A DNA stretch of 64,000 nucleotides from assembly GCA_001599295.1 (NCBI GenBank), contig BCGN01000002.1, forward strand, positions 1,922,001 to 1,986,000, written 5' to 3'. Shown here piece after piece: positions 24,694-37,000 of this stretch. The notes below the pieces were generated by a model. That model worked only from the letters and a program-made list of their open reading frames with translations. It was not told the origin of the DNA and made no database searches. Within the stretch, counting starts at the first letter, position 1; each line of letters opens with the position of its first letter. The position numbers and the translations under genes were made by a program. The DNA is from Sporopachydermia quercuum (taxonomy: Eukaryota).

Positions 24694-24708
24694 ACGCGGA
24701 GAGACGCG
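24694..24708. promoter_or_regulatory. Two MCB-like ACGCG cores upstream of the SWIM gene
   Basis: ACGCG at 24694 and 24704, 10 bp apart and about 150 bp from the ATG. Confidence 0.45.
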
Positions 24709-24912
24709 CTATGTAATCAAAAAGGAAGATACAATCACGTGATCTAAACGATATGAACGGTTGAAGACTATCATTAATCGTTGGATGAAAAAAGGAAAAT
24801 ACTGTATCGTTAAACGATTCAATTGGAATAATTATTTCTATTTATTAATGGTTTTACAAATATTTATACTCAAAAGTAAGCATATCAGAGTATATAGACT
24901 TGACTGACATAC

Positions 24913-26190
24913 TCAACTGCTTCCTAACAATTCACGGCAGACGTCTCCCCATATCTTTATACCTGCTATCTCATCTTCTGCTTCCAAATAACTTATACAA
25001 ACTCTGATACAAGACTTACCCCAGCCCTTTGCATCATTCGCTACTTCGAAATCATTTCCGGGTGCCAAAATAACGTTTCGCTCCTTACATATTTTACACA
25101 TCTCCGGAACATCAATTTCTTTCGGAAGTGTTACCCATAGGAAGTAACCACCTTTACCTCCTTCAACGGTAGTGCCTTTAGGTAAATTTTGGTACAGCGC
25201 TGCTATTACTCTCCTTACTCTATTACCATAAGTGTCCTTCAATTTCGTGATAATCTTGTCCAAAGATCCGTCTGATATTAATTGACCCACTATCATTGAA
25301 GTAAACTGAGAAGGTGTACCTCCAGATTTATTGGCACCACCGGCGGCCAATTGTGATGCTAAATTTGAATTCACCGACTCCTGCCAGCCAACTCTTATTC
25401 CTGGACCAAGAAGCTTAGAAAAAGAAGAATTGGAGACACTGTTACCAAACGTTGTAGGCTCGGTAGTTCGATCAATAGTTACCAGTTTTGGCAGCATTGA
25501 CTGGGACTCGTCGTATCTCAATAAATCATAAATATCATCACAGATCAAAAGTATATCGTGTTTTCTTGCCAAATTAATCAACTTTTTTCTTGTATCAATC
25601 GAAAGTGTTCCACCCCTTGGATTAGAGAAATCAGGTATGCAGTACATCACATATCTATATAGCTTCCTGTTTCTTTCAGGATCTTGTACAACAGTTACAT
25701 CACATTCTTCTTCACTTAGCAAACTGTCAAAATACTGTAACCGCTCTCCCAAATATTCTAAATCTATCTCACCGTCTGCTTTCTCAATCACTGCTGTGAC
25801 CTTTCCACCAAAACCTGCATCAATCAATACAGAATTGATCAAATAATATGTTGGTGAAACCACGAATGCCTGGCGTGTAAAATTTGTATGAGGGAGAGTA
25901 GTTTGGGCTAATAAATTCATAATTCCATAACTGGCACCACCAGTCAAATTGATCCAATTTGGGTCTATACTGTCTTTAGGCTCTTTACGATTGGATGTGC
26001 TCCATTCGGCAATCGTCTTTCTGACCCAAAGTGATCCTGGATCACTACCATAGGTGAGAGGATGTCTGTCATCTTCGGGATGTAAGTCGCTAATTTTCTT
26101 TGTTAGAAGATTATTGACAGCTTCCTTTACTTCTTCTACAGGAAGCAGTCTGTCAGATGGATGACCTCTATACAGATTAATTGGTTTCAT
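24913..26190 (-). CDS. PLP-dependent class I aminotransferase, YER152C-like (2-aminoadipate transaminase)
   Basis: Likely ATG at 26190 'MKPINLYRGHPS'; 'LTYGSDPG', 'PDFSNPRG', 'DDIYD', 'SFSKLLGPGIRVGW'. Syntenic with UBP3 and OXA1. Confidence 0.92.
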   Translation of the reverse strand: MKPINLYRGHPSDRLLPVEEVKEAVNNLLTKKISDLHPEDDRHPLTYGSDPGSLWVRKTIAEWSTSNRKEPKDSIDPNWINLTGGASYGIMNLLAQTTLPHTNFTRQAFVVSPTYYLINSVLIDAGFGGKVTAVIEKADGEIDLEYLGERLQYFDSLLSEEECDVTVVQDPERNRKLYRYVMYCIPDFSNPRGGTLSIDTRKKLINLARKHDILLICDDIYDLLRYDESQSMLPKLVTIDRTTEPTTFGNSVSNSSFSKLLGPGIRVGWQESVNSNLASQLAAGGANKSGGTPSQFTSMIVGQLISDGSLDKIITKLKDTYGNRVRRVIAALYQNLPKGTTVEGGKGGYFLWVTLPKEIDVPEMCKICKERNVILAPGNDFEVANDAKGWGKSCIRVCISYLEAEDEIAGIKIWGDVCRELLGSS

Positions 26191-27081
26191 TGAAGCAAAC
26201 CAACTCTTTTGACTGGCAGCGAGAGGAATACCTATGATAGGAAAAAGACGATGATCAAAGCAAGCTACCAAAACTAACAGATGTTCAACGGAGTAAACGT
26301 AGGACTATTCTTCCTCAAATTTGTAAAGCAAGTATGAATAAGAAGATAGTTCTAGGAAACGCTATGTAGAAAGAATTATCAACCAAGGAGGGAGACAGAA
26401 AGGAAACTGGGAACGAGGCTATCAGCCTCGAAATTTCGGAAATGATATAAATATATCCCTAAAGGGTAAATATGGCCGATGAGATAACAGACATGCCACC
26501 TTCGTAGCACAATGACTCCTTATGCAGAAACAAAATACTGGAAGTCNATGAATTGAAACTAGAAATAGATTTAGTGTTTTTTTAGTGTTTTTCAGATAAT
26601 TTCAATATAGTACAAATCAATATAGTAATAATACATATATTCCTAAGTTCTAGCAAATCAGTTTAACATATTGAACGAAGGGAATAGCTGGACAGTACGA
26701 AAAGTGACAAATCATCTCGGAACCTATCTGAGAGCCAAAGCTATTATTTCCGAAATACGTATCTCATNTGATGTTGTTAGAACCGGGGTAATTATTTGTA
26801 TCGAGCCTGGCACGAAGCAAATGATAATAGGAAAACACTGAAAATAGTAGCCGTAAAAATCAAGAGTGAGAAGCAAGTAAATAATTTGATAATAACCTGA
26901 AATTCAAGTATTTATTTTTCCTCTGGGTCCGGAATTATGTATAAATTCCGTATGAGTTGCGGATGTTTTCACAACCACGAGAATCATCATGAGAACTAAC
27001 TTACTTACGTCTGAGATTATCTTAATATTCAAGATACTATTGTCAACGAACAATTTCGTGAAATACATTCTAAAACCTCCT

Positions 27082-28560
27082 CTAACTCTTTAAAACAGCT
27101 TCTTCTAGTTTTTTATATACAGGACTATAGTCTATCTCATGTTTCTTCAAATAATATTCAATCAAAGCTTCAGATGTTATCAGTGACTCAGCTCGGTCAT
27201 TGTTGGACTTCTTAATAAAATAGTGAAATATCTCCTTCATTGTCTTCGCATCCATAAGTAAGTTCAATCTCATTATTAGTGTATCAAGTAAGGATTCAAA
27301 ACTATTACCTTTGTCTAAATCTTTAGCTTGCAAATGAACTATTAATCTCCTTGAATCGTTAAGAATTAGTTCATTGAAATTCACTCCACTAAAGGTCTTT
27401 TCTATCATATTGAGGACATTTATTAACTTTTTGCTTGAGTTATTATTAATCTCAGCCATTGGCAAAGATGCTACCAGAACGTTCAAGATGAAAACAGTTC
27501 CAAAGTTAGTTGAATACAAAGAAATCCCATCGTATCCATTGCCAACAGCTNTATCCTTTTCAACCTGTTTGACAAGTTCTTTCAAATACCTGAATTCGAA
27601 ATAACCCCAACAGTTGTCCCACTCAATGGAAATACCTTCCAAAAGGCTTGGGAAGTCAAATAAGGATAGGTCTCTCAGATAGCACTGGCTTTTCGTTGAT
27701 TGCATAATACGATATATTATGCGAAACCAATGGTGCTCTCGTAAAGTCTTGTTTGTTCTACTTTTACTCAAGGTTTCAATCAGCAATATGTAAACTTCTT
27801 GTAAAACATCAAACGATACATCAAATGATGAAACCTCCAAATGTTTTAATAAAGATTGAATCAGCTCAAAATGGCCGTATGCGCTTGCAATGTTCGTTAA
27901 TTTTAAACAAGTGTTCTCGTCAATTAGCATGCACCCTGGTTCGATTAGATTATTGAATATGACTGAGATTATCGAAAGATTATTAACCTGAATAGCATCT
28001 TGTAGTATCGTGTGAAATAAACTTATATCGGCCATATTGGTTAATATCTCTTGCTCACTTAATGGTATCTTATTCAATAGGTCAAATGCTAAGTTCATTT
28101 TACTCTCCCTCACCAGTGATCGTAAAATGTCGTACAAAGCTATCGACGTGATAAAATGCCAGATTTTACCCTGACTCTGATCGCTTGCAAAGCAAAGTAG
28201 TTCGACTGCTTGTAAATAGTTACCATCTGTTGCGATTAATTTTGATAATTCCTTGTTCAATTGCTCAGGTGATTTGATTAATGCTAAAGTCTGTTGGATT
28301 GATTTCGTGGAATAACTCCGAGTTGAATTCAGTTGGTATTTTAAGAAGGTTTTACTAGCAGAATTCAAGTAATCATATTTATGTAGGTATTTGCTTTGAT
28401 GAAACGTAATGCATAATGAAGGTATCACCTTCTTGACACTCTTGCTGTGTGAATTGAAGTTTCTACTGAGTGTTTGAATCGACTTCAGGCTGAAAAGTCG
28501 TTTTTTCCCTTTAAGTGTTAGAACACCTGTGCGAAGACGCAGACATTGAATATTTTTCAT
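27082..28560 (-). CDS. Putative mitochondrial helical-repeat (PPR-like) protein at the PET122 position
   Basis: 492-aa ORF with a basic, acid-free N-terminus ('...RSYST') and about 35-aa helical repeats. Divergent from OXA1. Confidence 0.6.
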   Translation of the reverse strand: MKNIQCLRLRTGVLTLKGKKRLFSLKSIQTLSRNFNSHSKSVKKVIPSLCITFHQSKYLHKYDYLNSASKTFLKYQLNSTRSYSTKSIQQTLALIKSPEQLNKELSKLIATDGNYLQAVELLCFASDQSQGKIWHFITSIALYDILRSLVRESKMNLAFDLLNKIPLSEQEILTNMADISLFHTILQDAIQVNNLSIISVIFNNLIEPGCMLIDENTCLKLTNIASAYGHFELIQSLLKHLEVSSFDVSFDVLQEVYILLIETLSKSRTNKTLREHHWFRIIYRIMQSTKSQCYLRDLSLFDFPSLLEGISIEWDNCWGYFEFRYLKELVKQVEKDXAVGNGYDGISLYSTNFGTVFILNVLVASLPMAEINNNSSKKLINVLNMIEKTFSGVNFNELILNDSRRLIVHLQAKDLDKGNSFESLLDTLIMRLNLLMDAKTMKEIFHYFIKKSNNDRAESLITSEALIEYYLKKHEIDYSPVYKKLEEAVLKS

Positions 28561-29305
28561 TATTGAAGGTATTTTTAGTAATCAATTAACAAGAAGAACG
28601 GGTTCATTGGTCTATGTACATCTCTTTGATCATTTCACGGTTTAACTAGTACTAATTCTTCAACCAGGTTGTACCTTCCCTCCTGAATACACTTTCGCTC
28701 AAAAAAATGCTATTATCGCTACAGAGTTACTCCAGCGCAACATCTAATAAAAAATACCTTTCAATCATCTCTCGGTTTATCTAGCCATAGTCTATTGCTA
28801 TTTAATCGCAGATACTCGCAATAACGCTCACTCATCAATAATGCTTCTACAATCAATCATTCCAACGTTTCGAGCCATCATTATATTTGTTTGATCACAT
28901 AATCAACAATGAATTCTCCACAAACTGTCAACTGTCCGTAAATTTAACCCATTTCTCGGACGGCTTCCAATCTACTTCCATTGGACGATTTTCCACATGA
29001 TGTCCCGATATATTTCACTACTATCAATGAAAAATCCTCATTGCTCTTTCCAATCACCATTTGACAGTAAGTACATACAGTNAATGAACGTTTATAAAAG
29101 CGATATTGATATTGCTTTGAAGCATCACCGATAGATCACATTATCTTGCATTTTTTTGTATAAAAAAATCTCCTGTTGAAGTACAGGATTTTTGGCACAA
29201 AGAATTGGCATTTCCAACACCAGGTTCCCAGTTGTACCNGATACAATCGGAGTAGTGGTGTGTGAATGAAGTGTAACTATTAGAAGTAATAGCTCTACTT
29301 ACAAG

Positions 29306-30673
29306 ATGATGTTAAGACAACAAGCTAGAATTGTCAAGCAAGTTTTGTCGATCAGCGGAACAAGCTCCCGGGCAGTAATTGCTCGTTCCCTTTCAACTGG
29401 CGGTTCAACAGACATTGGTCACAACTTCTTCTGTGCCAATAAACTGATGGTCGTTGCAGACAAGAAAAGTAGTAAATCATTAGTATTCAACAGAGATAAT
29501 ACAGCAGCTAAGTTCGGATTGTTAGGGATCAACTTCAACTGGTTGAAAGGTAAAAAGAAAGATGCCGCCGAAGGTTCGACTGAAGATCTGAAAGTTGATC
29601 CTGCTGTTGAATCAAGTACTGAATCTGTTATTACTGCTAGTACAGAAGCAGCTACTGATTCTGCATCTACGTTGAATGCAGCAGTTCCTGATAGTGAAAT
29701 CTTGACTGAATTACAACCATTCTCTTCTGAAACTGTTGATGTAGCTTCAGGTGTCATTGGTGAAGCTTCTAGTCACATTGGATACTTACAATCTATAGGT
29801 ATCGGCAATGGACATTGGCCATCTGATCTGATCGCAAGAGCTTTGGAGTTCATTCATGTTACTCTCGGAGCTCCATGGTGGGCAGCTATTGTTATTTTCT
29901 GTGTTGGCTGGAGAATTATTTGTTTCCCCTTGTTTTCCAAAAGTGCTGATACAACTGCTAGAATGAATTTGATGAAACCAGAATTAAACAAATTAGAATT
30001 GGTTCCGGATGCTAATACTTCAATGGAAGATATCACCCGTGTCAACCATGAAAGAACCAAATTACATCGTAAATATGGTGTGAAGATGAGATATTTGCTT
30101 GTTCCATTATTTGTTCAGTTTCCTTTCACTTTGGGATCTTTCTATGCCCTTAGAACTATGGCTGCAGTTCCAGTTGACGGTTTCATCAATCAAGGCTTAT
30201 GGTGGTTCCAGGACCTTTCAGTGACTGACCCTTATTTCATTTTGCCTATTGCAACAGCTGGTATGCTTTATTTGCAAATGTCTATCAATGAAACTTTTAA
30301 AATTGGCGATAAAATGATAAGACGTATGATTATGTTGTCACCGTTGTTTTCCATTNTTGTATCTGTTTGGTTCCCGGCTGCCTTACTATTATATTTCTTT
30401 GTTAATACTTCAACATTGTTTGCCCAAACTGCTTTATTGAAATCGGATAGTGTTAGAAAAGCCATTGGTATTCATCCTTATGTACCAAAGCCTGCACCAG
30501 CTCCCAATGAATCAAGTTTTCAAGATACTATGAAGAAGTTCAAAGCATCAATGGAAAGAAGTCGTGTTGTAAAGGAAGAACAAGAGAGATTGAAGCAATT
30601 GGCCGATAAGGAAAGAGAATTAAGTAGTCGTACTGTTGCAAGAAGAGTTAAGAATAAGAAGAGGAAGGAGTAA
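29306..30673 (+). CDS. OXA1: Mitochondrial inner-membrane insertase Oxa1
   Basis: Presequence; 'HIGYLQSIG', 'LEFIHVTLGAPWWAAI', 'GLWWFQDLSVTDPY'; basic coiled-coil C-tail. Confidence 0.96.
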   Translation: MMLRQQARIVKQVLSISGTSSRAVIARSLSTGGSTDIGHNFFCANKLMVVADKKSSKSLVFNRDNTAAKFGLLGINFNWLKGKKKDAAEGSTEDLKVDPAVESSTESVITASTEAATDSASTLNAAVPDSEILTELQPFSSETVDVASGVIGEASSHIGYLQSIGIGNGHWPSDLIARALEFIHVTLGAPWWAAIVIFCVGWRIICFPLFSKSADTTARMNLMKPELNKLELVPDANTSMEDITRVNHERTKLHRKYGVKMRYLLVPLFVQFPFTLGSFYALRTMAAVPVDGFINQGLWWFQDLSVTDPYFILPIATAGMLYLQMSINETFKIGDKMIRRMIMLSPLFSIXVSVWFPAALLLYFFVNTSTLFAQTALLKSDSVRKAIGIHPYVPKPAPAPNESSFQDTMKKFKASMERSRVVKEEQERLKQLADKERELSSRTVARRVKNKKRKE

Positions 30674-30760
30674 ATTTTTGGTTTATTTATAATTGATGAC
30701 AAAGAGAATTAGTATAGTTTCTTGTTGATTGATTCATTGGTTTCTTAGTATTTATATTAT

Positions 30761-30830
30761 CTTGTATATACTGAATATAAATTATTGGCCCATAGGTTTA
30801 TGAACAGCGTGAAGAAAACTGATGTAAATA
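30761..30830 (+). promoter_or_regulatory. Puf3-binding elements in the OXA1 3' UTR
   Basis: CTTGTATATA at 30761-30770 (CNTGTAHATA) and TGTAAATA at 30823-30830. Confidence 0.6.
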
Positions 30831-31004
30831 GTAGGATAAAACGGAAACGAAATAACGTTATGAATTCATACGAAGATTACTACCATGGGTATTTATTCAT
30901 AACAAGTAATTATAGTATACATTTATTAGTGAATTAATACATATTATCATATCACTGTGTATCATATTGTATCGATGTATCATTTCTTTTCCCTTTCCTT
31001 CTCC

Positions 31005-34000
31005 TTATTGGTTGTTACCAGTCAATAGAAAACTTTCTTCTTCTTCATCATTACTGCTATTAACATCATTTTTTCCTTCCTCTGGTTCTCCTTCAAGCAT
31101 TTCTTCACTCTTATTTTCTTCCTTTCCTTCATTCTCGGGCTCATTTTCCATTTTCTTCTCGTTATCAAAAATNTCATTACAATGAACTATCATTGTTAGA
31201 ACTAAATTATTTATCAACTCAAACTCATTTGACACATTCACTGCTTCCGTCTCACGAGTGAAACTCATAGAAAATACAACAGCCAAATTATGATGATCCA
31301 TCTTATTTCTTTCTTGATGACTAGCAACAAGATTTAAATGAATCATCAACCTTTTCAATAGTTCATAATTTTCCTTCGGTAGCTTATTGACAATATGTCT
31401 AATTTTGGGTACTTGACCTAACCTAATAGCTGTTACCTCGTATTTGCTTTTACCAGCTGTTCTTTCAATGATATCCAAAAACTCGTCAAATAAATCATCA
31501 GTTAGCAAAGACTCAGGTAATTCCCTTAAATACAGCTTGAAACATGAAGCAACAGTATTGATATCAAACCAGCGATCATCTTCCATATTGACAATGTCAC
31601 CAGAATCAAAAGCTCTCTTTAAAGCATTCACACTACCAACAGATCCAGAGATTCTATAAAGACCAACTTCATCTAAACCTCTCAGTTCAATCTCTGCTAA
31701 CAAAGTCTCAGCAACTCTTGGTATTAAACAGCCATCACGTTGAGATAAAACATTTATAGGCACACCAAATGATTTCATGATTGATCCACCATTGCTGCTG
31801 ATTTCTGATAAATAAGAGTATTTTTTAACCTGCTTTATAGTGTAAATCCAGTCAATTGATTGTCTCTTACTTGTTGATTGTAATGTATAATCAGTACCAT
31901 CTTTAGCAATGATTTTCCATAATCCTTGGAATTGATTTGATGTGATTGGCAAAACTTGAGTTTCTGTTACTTTAATAGTAAACGATGGTCTAGCTTTGAT
32001 ATCATTAAAGCTGTTGACATCTGGTAACTCTTTTGTTTGAACTGTTTTATCGGCTATGATAGGATTCCAAGAATTAGTCATTGACAATGAGAAGGGTCTG
32101 AAAGGACGTAGAAACTTAGACAGTTTGCCAGAACGCTTTTCGCTAGAACTATTCAAAGTGCTATTACTGCTACTGTTATTGGTATATGTTGAAATCCGGG
32201 AATCTGATCTTGATAGCGTTGAAGCATTAGATGCAACTGGTTCTAACGTATGGAACAATGAGGTACTAGAGTTTCCGGTACTGCTATTTACACCCACGGT
32301 AATTCCTGTACTACCTAACACTGTACTATCACCGTTTCTCATTTGATTAACAATTATTTCCTTTTGCTTATAATCTCTGTACAATTTATCAATCTGCTCG
32401 GCAACATTACTCTCAAATGCTTTTTCTTTCACCGTAATTTTGGAATACTGTTCCCGTTCACTATATGCTGCATGTTTGATTCTTCTTAAATCTTCCTGCT
32501 TGAATCCATTCCTTTGGGTATCAAATAAGAAAGCAAATTTAGGTCCATTGTCACTACCGATATCAGTAAAACTAGTACTCTNAAATAAGTTACTCTCGAG
32601 TTGTTTATAATCCTTTAAATCAAGAATATTCACAATACAGTTATAAACGTATCTGTTTTTATCGAAATTGATGAGGTTTGTTTGAGCCAGTGACATATTA
32701 GGCACGTAGCATATAATTTCCAGCAATCTTTCAGAAAACCAGCCAATGCAAGGACATAACGGTGTTGATGCTAATTGCGGGTCAAGATCGGTTTTGCTTA
32801 TAAGAGGAATCACGCTTTCGATACGTGAGGCATCATTAAATCCAAGCAAAGTACATGCTAGATTCCATGATTTTGCAAAGTATCTACTTTCTGGTCGAAG
32901 AATAGCTGATGTAATAGCTGATTCGATGAAAGAAGGAATACAGGGTTTAATAGACGCAGAAGAAGCGGTAGAAGTTCTAGTTGATGAAGCAGTTGCTGAT
33001 CCCGATCCCGGTCCTGATCCTGAGGTAGATTCACTATCTGATGTTGAACTAGACCCATCATCGTTAAATAAATCAACATTAGACATTCTAGCTCTAATAA
33101 TACCTAACATCTTCAGCAGGGAAACCATCTTCTTGACTCGTTCCTGTCTAGTAAGATCTTCAGCCGTGATCTCCTTCAGAATATAGCAAGAGATAAGCGA
33201 ATGAAGTTGCAACAAACTCTTGAATACGGGTGGTAATTTCTGGAGCACTTTATCTTCGTATCCCTCTGTATACAAAGTTTCCAACCACTGATAAATGTCC
33301 TCAATGATTATATCACTTTCGTTCGAATTAGGATTATTTGACAATGAATAGTTGAAGAAGCCTTTCAATGAAACCACACTTTGCATCAGCAACGTTTCAT
33401 ACACTGTTGTGCATTCAATTATATTCAATAATGAGAAATAATGGCTGACAATAGAATCCATTTCTTCTATAAACGATGAAAGCTCGGGGATTGATCCGGA
33501 CATTGGGATTTCTATCCAAGGGNAAGATTTGCAAAAGGGGATAAGCTGAGGCAATTTAGGATAATCGTCAATTGGTCTGTAAGTATTCTTAATGATTTTG
33601 ACTTTGAGAGCTTCTAATGATGATTTCAATTCGGAGTATTTTGTTTCCAAACTGTTGATATAGATAGAAGTAGTACCGCCAGTTGAATAATTTGTATTCT
33701 TAGCTCTTGTTGCACTGGAAACATCAGGAATATCATTAGTACTAATTCTGTTAATGCTACTAGCAATACTAGTGCTGGAACTGATTATGCCGATGCTTCT
33801 TTCATTGTTACCGTCATTTTTATCATAAATGCTGCCCAACCGATTATCAGATCTCCTATCTTCCATTCTCTGATTCAATTGTTTCTCTCTGGCTTCTTCT
33901 TCGTGATGCAAATTGCCAGTAGCTGAAGCGAAAGATGAGTATGAAATCCGTGTCCCCACAGTTGATGTTTCTTCATTAGAAAGTCGGATATTACCAGCAG

Positions 34001-37000
34001 TACTGGCAATAGTAGCTTCATTCTTAACTATACCAAATGGCTCTTCCATGATATGATTACTGCTTATACTTAACCCATCAATATATTCTTTAATGCTGGT
34101 CATATCTGATAATTCGTTATCAATAGCAGCAGTAGACGCAGCAGTAGACGCAGCCTTGCTACTACTGCCATCATTATCGACTGTCTTCAAATTCGGAATT
34201 CTAGCATTCCATTGTGAAACCTCCTTGTCGACATCAAATAGAAACTTCAATAAAAGCTTCCGTGTAGACAAGCTATTAGCGAAGTCAAAGAAACAGTTGT
34301 TAACCCAGAAATGGATTATTGATAGAACTGACAATTGAGTGTCTATTAATTTGATAGATGCTTTGTCGCTGTGCTTGGCATTAGCATTCTTATTGGCATT
34401 GTTATGAGTATCATAAAGAGGATCAAGAGTGTCATGAATAGCTCTGTTGACGTCCTTATTACTCCTATTGATGGATTTCTTATTATCAACACCATTGAAC
34501 TTCTCAATGAGCTTTTGAAGTAGATCTTGTGATGTTAGAAAGCTTCTGTAAGTTGTAAAGAACATTGACATATAATTGATCATGTTCATAGTATAAGTAA
34601 CTGAACCACTAGCATTAGTATTACTATTATGATTAGCAGTTCCCTTCTTTAAATCGTCAATAATACTGTCATTTGCCTGTTCTTGACAATTTCCTTTCGA
34701 TTTGAAGACTTTCTTGCTTTCGTTGATCTCGTCGACAAATTCATCAACTCCGGATACTAATAATTCAATTAGCNTATTAATACTGCCTGCTTTAACAACA
34801 ACTTCCTTACCATTACTTCCAATAGTAGCAATAGTACTAACGCTATGACTAACACTATGACTAGCACTGTTGCTGGTATTATTGCTAGTGTTGCCAATTC
34901 CATACTGCCCTGATAACCGTTTGATAGAAGTATTCTCAATCACTACAGAACATGGTCTGGATGATATCATTTGCTCTTCATGCTGTAAAGATTTGAATAT
35001 CAAGTCCTCGTTCTTCAATTCAAACACCTCAACTCCAACATCCAGCATGTCTCTAATGGATTTAAGAAACTTGTGTCTGCTGATATTCTTCAATGCAAAG
35101 AACCTTAACGACGAAGATAAATCTCTATCTGAGGTGAATTCAAGCAATTTCTGCTTATCCGAAATCGGTTTCACGATTGGTAGGCTGGCAGGTTCGGAAT
35201 ACGATCGTTCTGTTTTAATAATGTTGATACTGTCGGAGGTTCTTCTGTTACGTTTAGAATGGTCAAAGCGAGGCGTGGGAAAAGCAAATGAGTTTCGATG
35301 GGATTTATTTGCAGACGTAGTGCTGTTGATGCTGGAGCTGCTGGTGTCGATATCTGATCTGGTTATAGATGAAAAGGAAACTCTTCCAGTATGAGTTGTT
35401 GATTCATGAATAGTATTAGAGCGCTCACAGCTAGTTGTAGTAGATCCACAGTTACTAGCAACAGTACTAGCACTAGCACTATTGCTACTACTGTTGCTAG
35501 TAGAGCCATTCAATGAATTATAGATTCCAGTAGCAGAAATTAAAGCTGTTTTGGAAAATATATGAAAAGAAGGTATCGTATCATTGAACACTATTGGTAG
35601 ATAGTTTCCTAGTACTAATGGCGTTCTAGCTGTTGTATAGTACTTCTCGTAATCACCTAAAAACACTGGTTCAATCAATAATGATTGCTCCATTAGTTCG
35701 GCCTGTGTTGGTGCTTTCTTTTCACTGCTTTGCCTGAATTTCGTATAGAGAAGCTCTTGAAGGTGATCAACAGGTTTAGGTAGCCTGTATGTTGATTCAA
35801 ATGAAGGATTATCCTTTATAGACCCAAGGAGTTCTTTCCAACGCGAAAATGCAAGCAGAAGTCTTGAGAGTTTCTTATCGTACTGTTTGATGGTGAGCGA
35901 GNGTTGTTTTCTGATTGTTAGATCACCAAAGTAAGGAATCACTAGTTTTTTTGGATATTTCTTGCCTATAGAAGGTCCTTGAGCTAATATATGATAAGAA
36001 GATGATGCACGAGAATCCATAGCATTTGCAGTATTATCAATGGATTCTTTAAGTTCAAATTCAATACTATTACTATGGCCATTGTCATTATCGTTCTCAT
36101 TCTCACCACTGCCAATCATCTCATTCATCATTGANCTTTTATCCAAATCATAAGCCACAACAGCCCATTCTTTTCTCACCACTTCACTAAGTTCATCAGA
36201 TACCAAATTCCAAGTAGCCTTCAAGCGTAAAATCATTGGTGAACACACTGCTGTTGCAATTGCTAACCATCCGACATTGTCTCCAATGTTTTCAAGCTCA
36301 ACTCCTATTTCTATCCATTTACTGAGAACTTTGCCTCTATAAACAACGTCCTGCTTAGCTCTTTTTTCCTGTAGCAAATGATATAAAACTGACCTAGTGA
36401 GGAAATGTCCTGTAGGTGTAATTATTGGCAATGGGTTCTGGTTTCTGTAGTTGAGCCCTATATCAAACAGTAATGAGATATCCGTGAAAGGAGACCAATT
36501 GAGAGAATACGCCAGGTGGAAATAAGCGATTTGAACTGCCGTTGTTCTAGCTGATAAATCTAATATGATATTTGCTGGAAGAATAGATGGAGGATTAGCA
36601 AGTGGAATAGCACTGGGATCAGAAGTAGATGCAGGATCAGAAGAAGGAATCTGCTGCTTTGAAGCTTCATCTGTAGGAATTAAAGAAGAGTATGTTTGAA
36701 TAGGAGAAGTGGTTAATTTGCTGCTGCTATTTCTATTGCCAACACTTCTACGGCTTTCCTTCTCACTCGAACTTTGATTTATCACCAGCAGAACATTTGA
36801 CGGCAAAGCTGTTTCCGCGCTCATATCAATATACTGCGAGCATTGTTCTAATAAATCTAAATTCCATCCTGATAGGTTTGAAATCGGCTTCTGCTGCTTT
36901 GATAGTAAGATCTTCAATTCATTTGCTATTGAATCATCAACTGGGCTTAAACATTCAATCAGTTTCATCAACCCGCCAATCACAGGTGTTTCCAACAGTA

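Noticed and set aside
26191..26271. Non-ATG N-terminal extensions in the ORF track (aminotransferase; also PGS1 44158 and MUB1 48907)
   Set aside because: These come from allowing TTG/GTG starts. Conserved sequence begins at the downstream ATG and no convincing targeting peptide is added.
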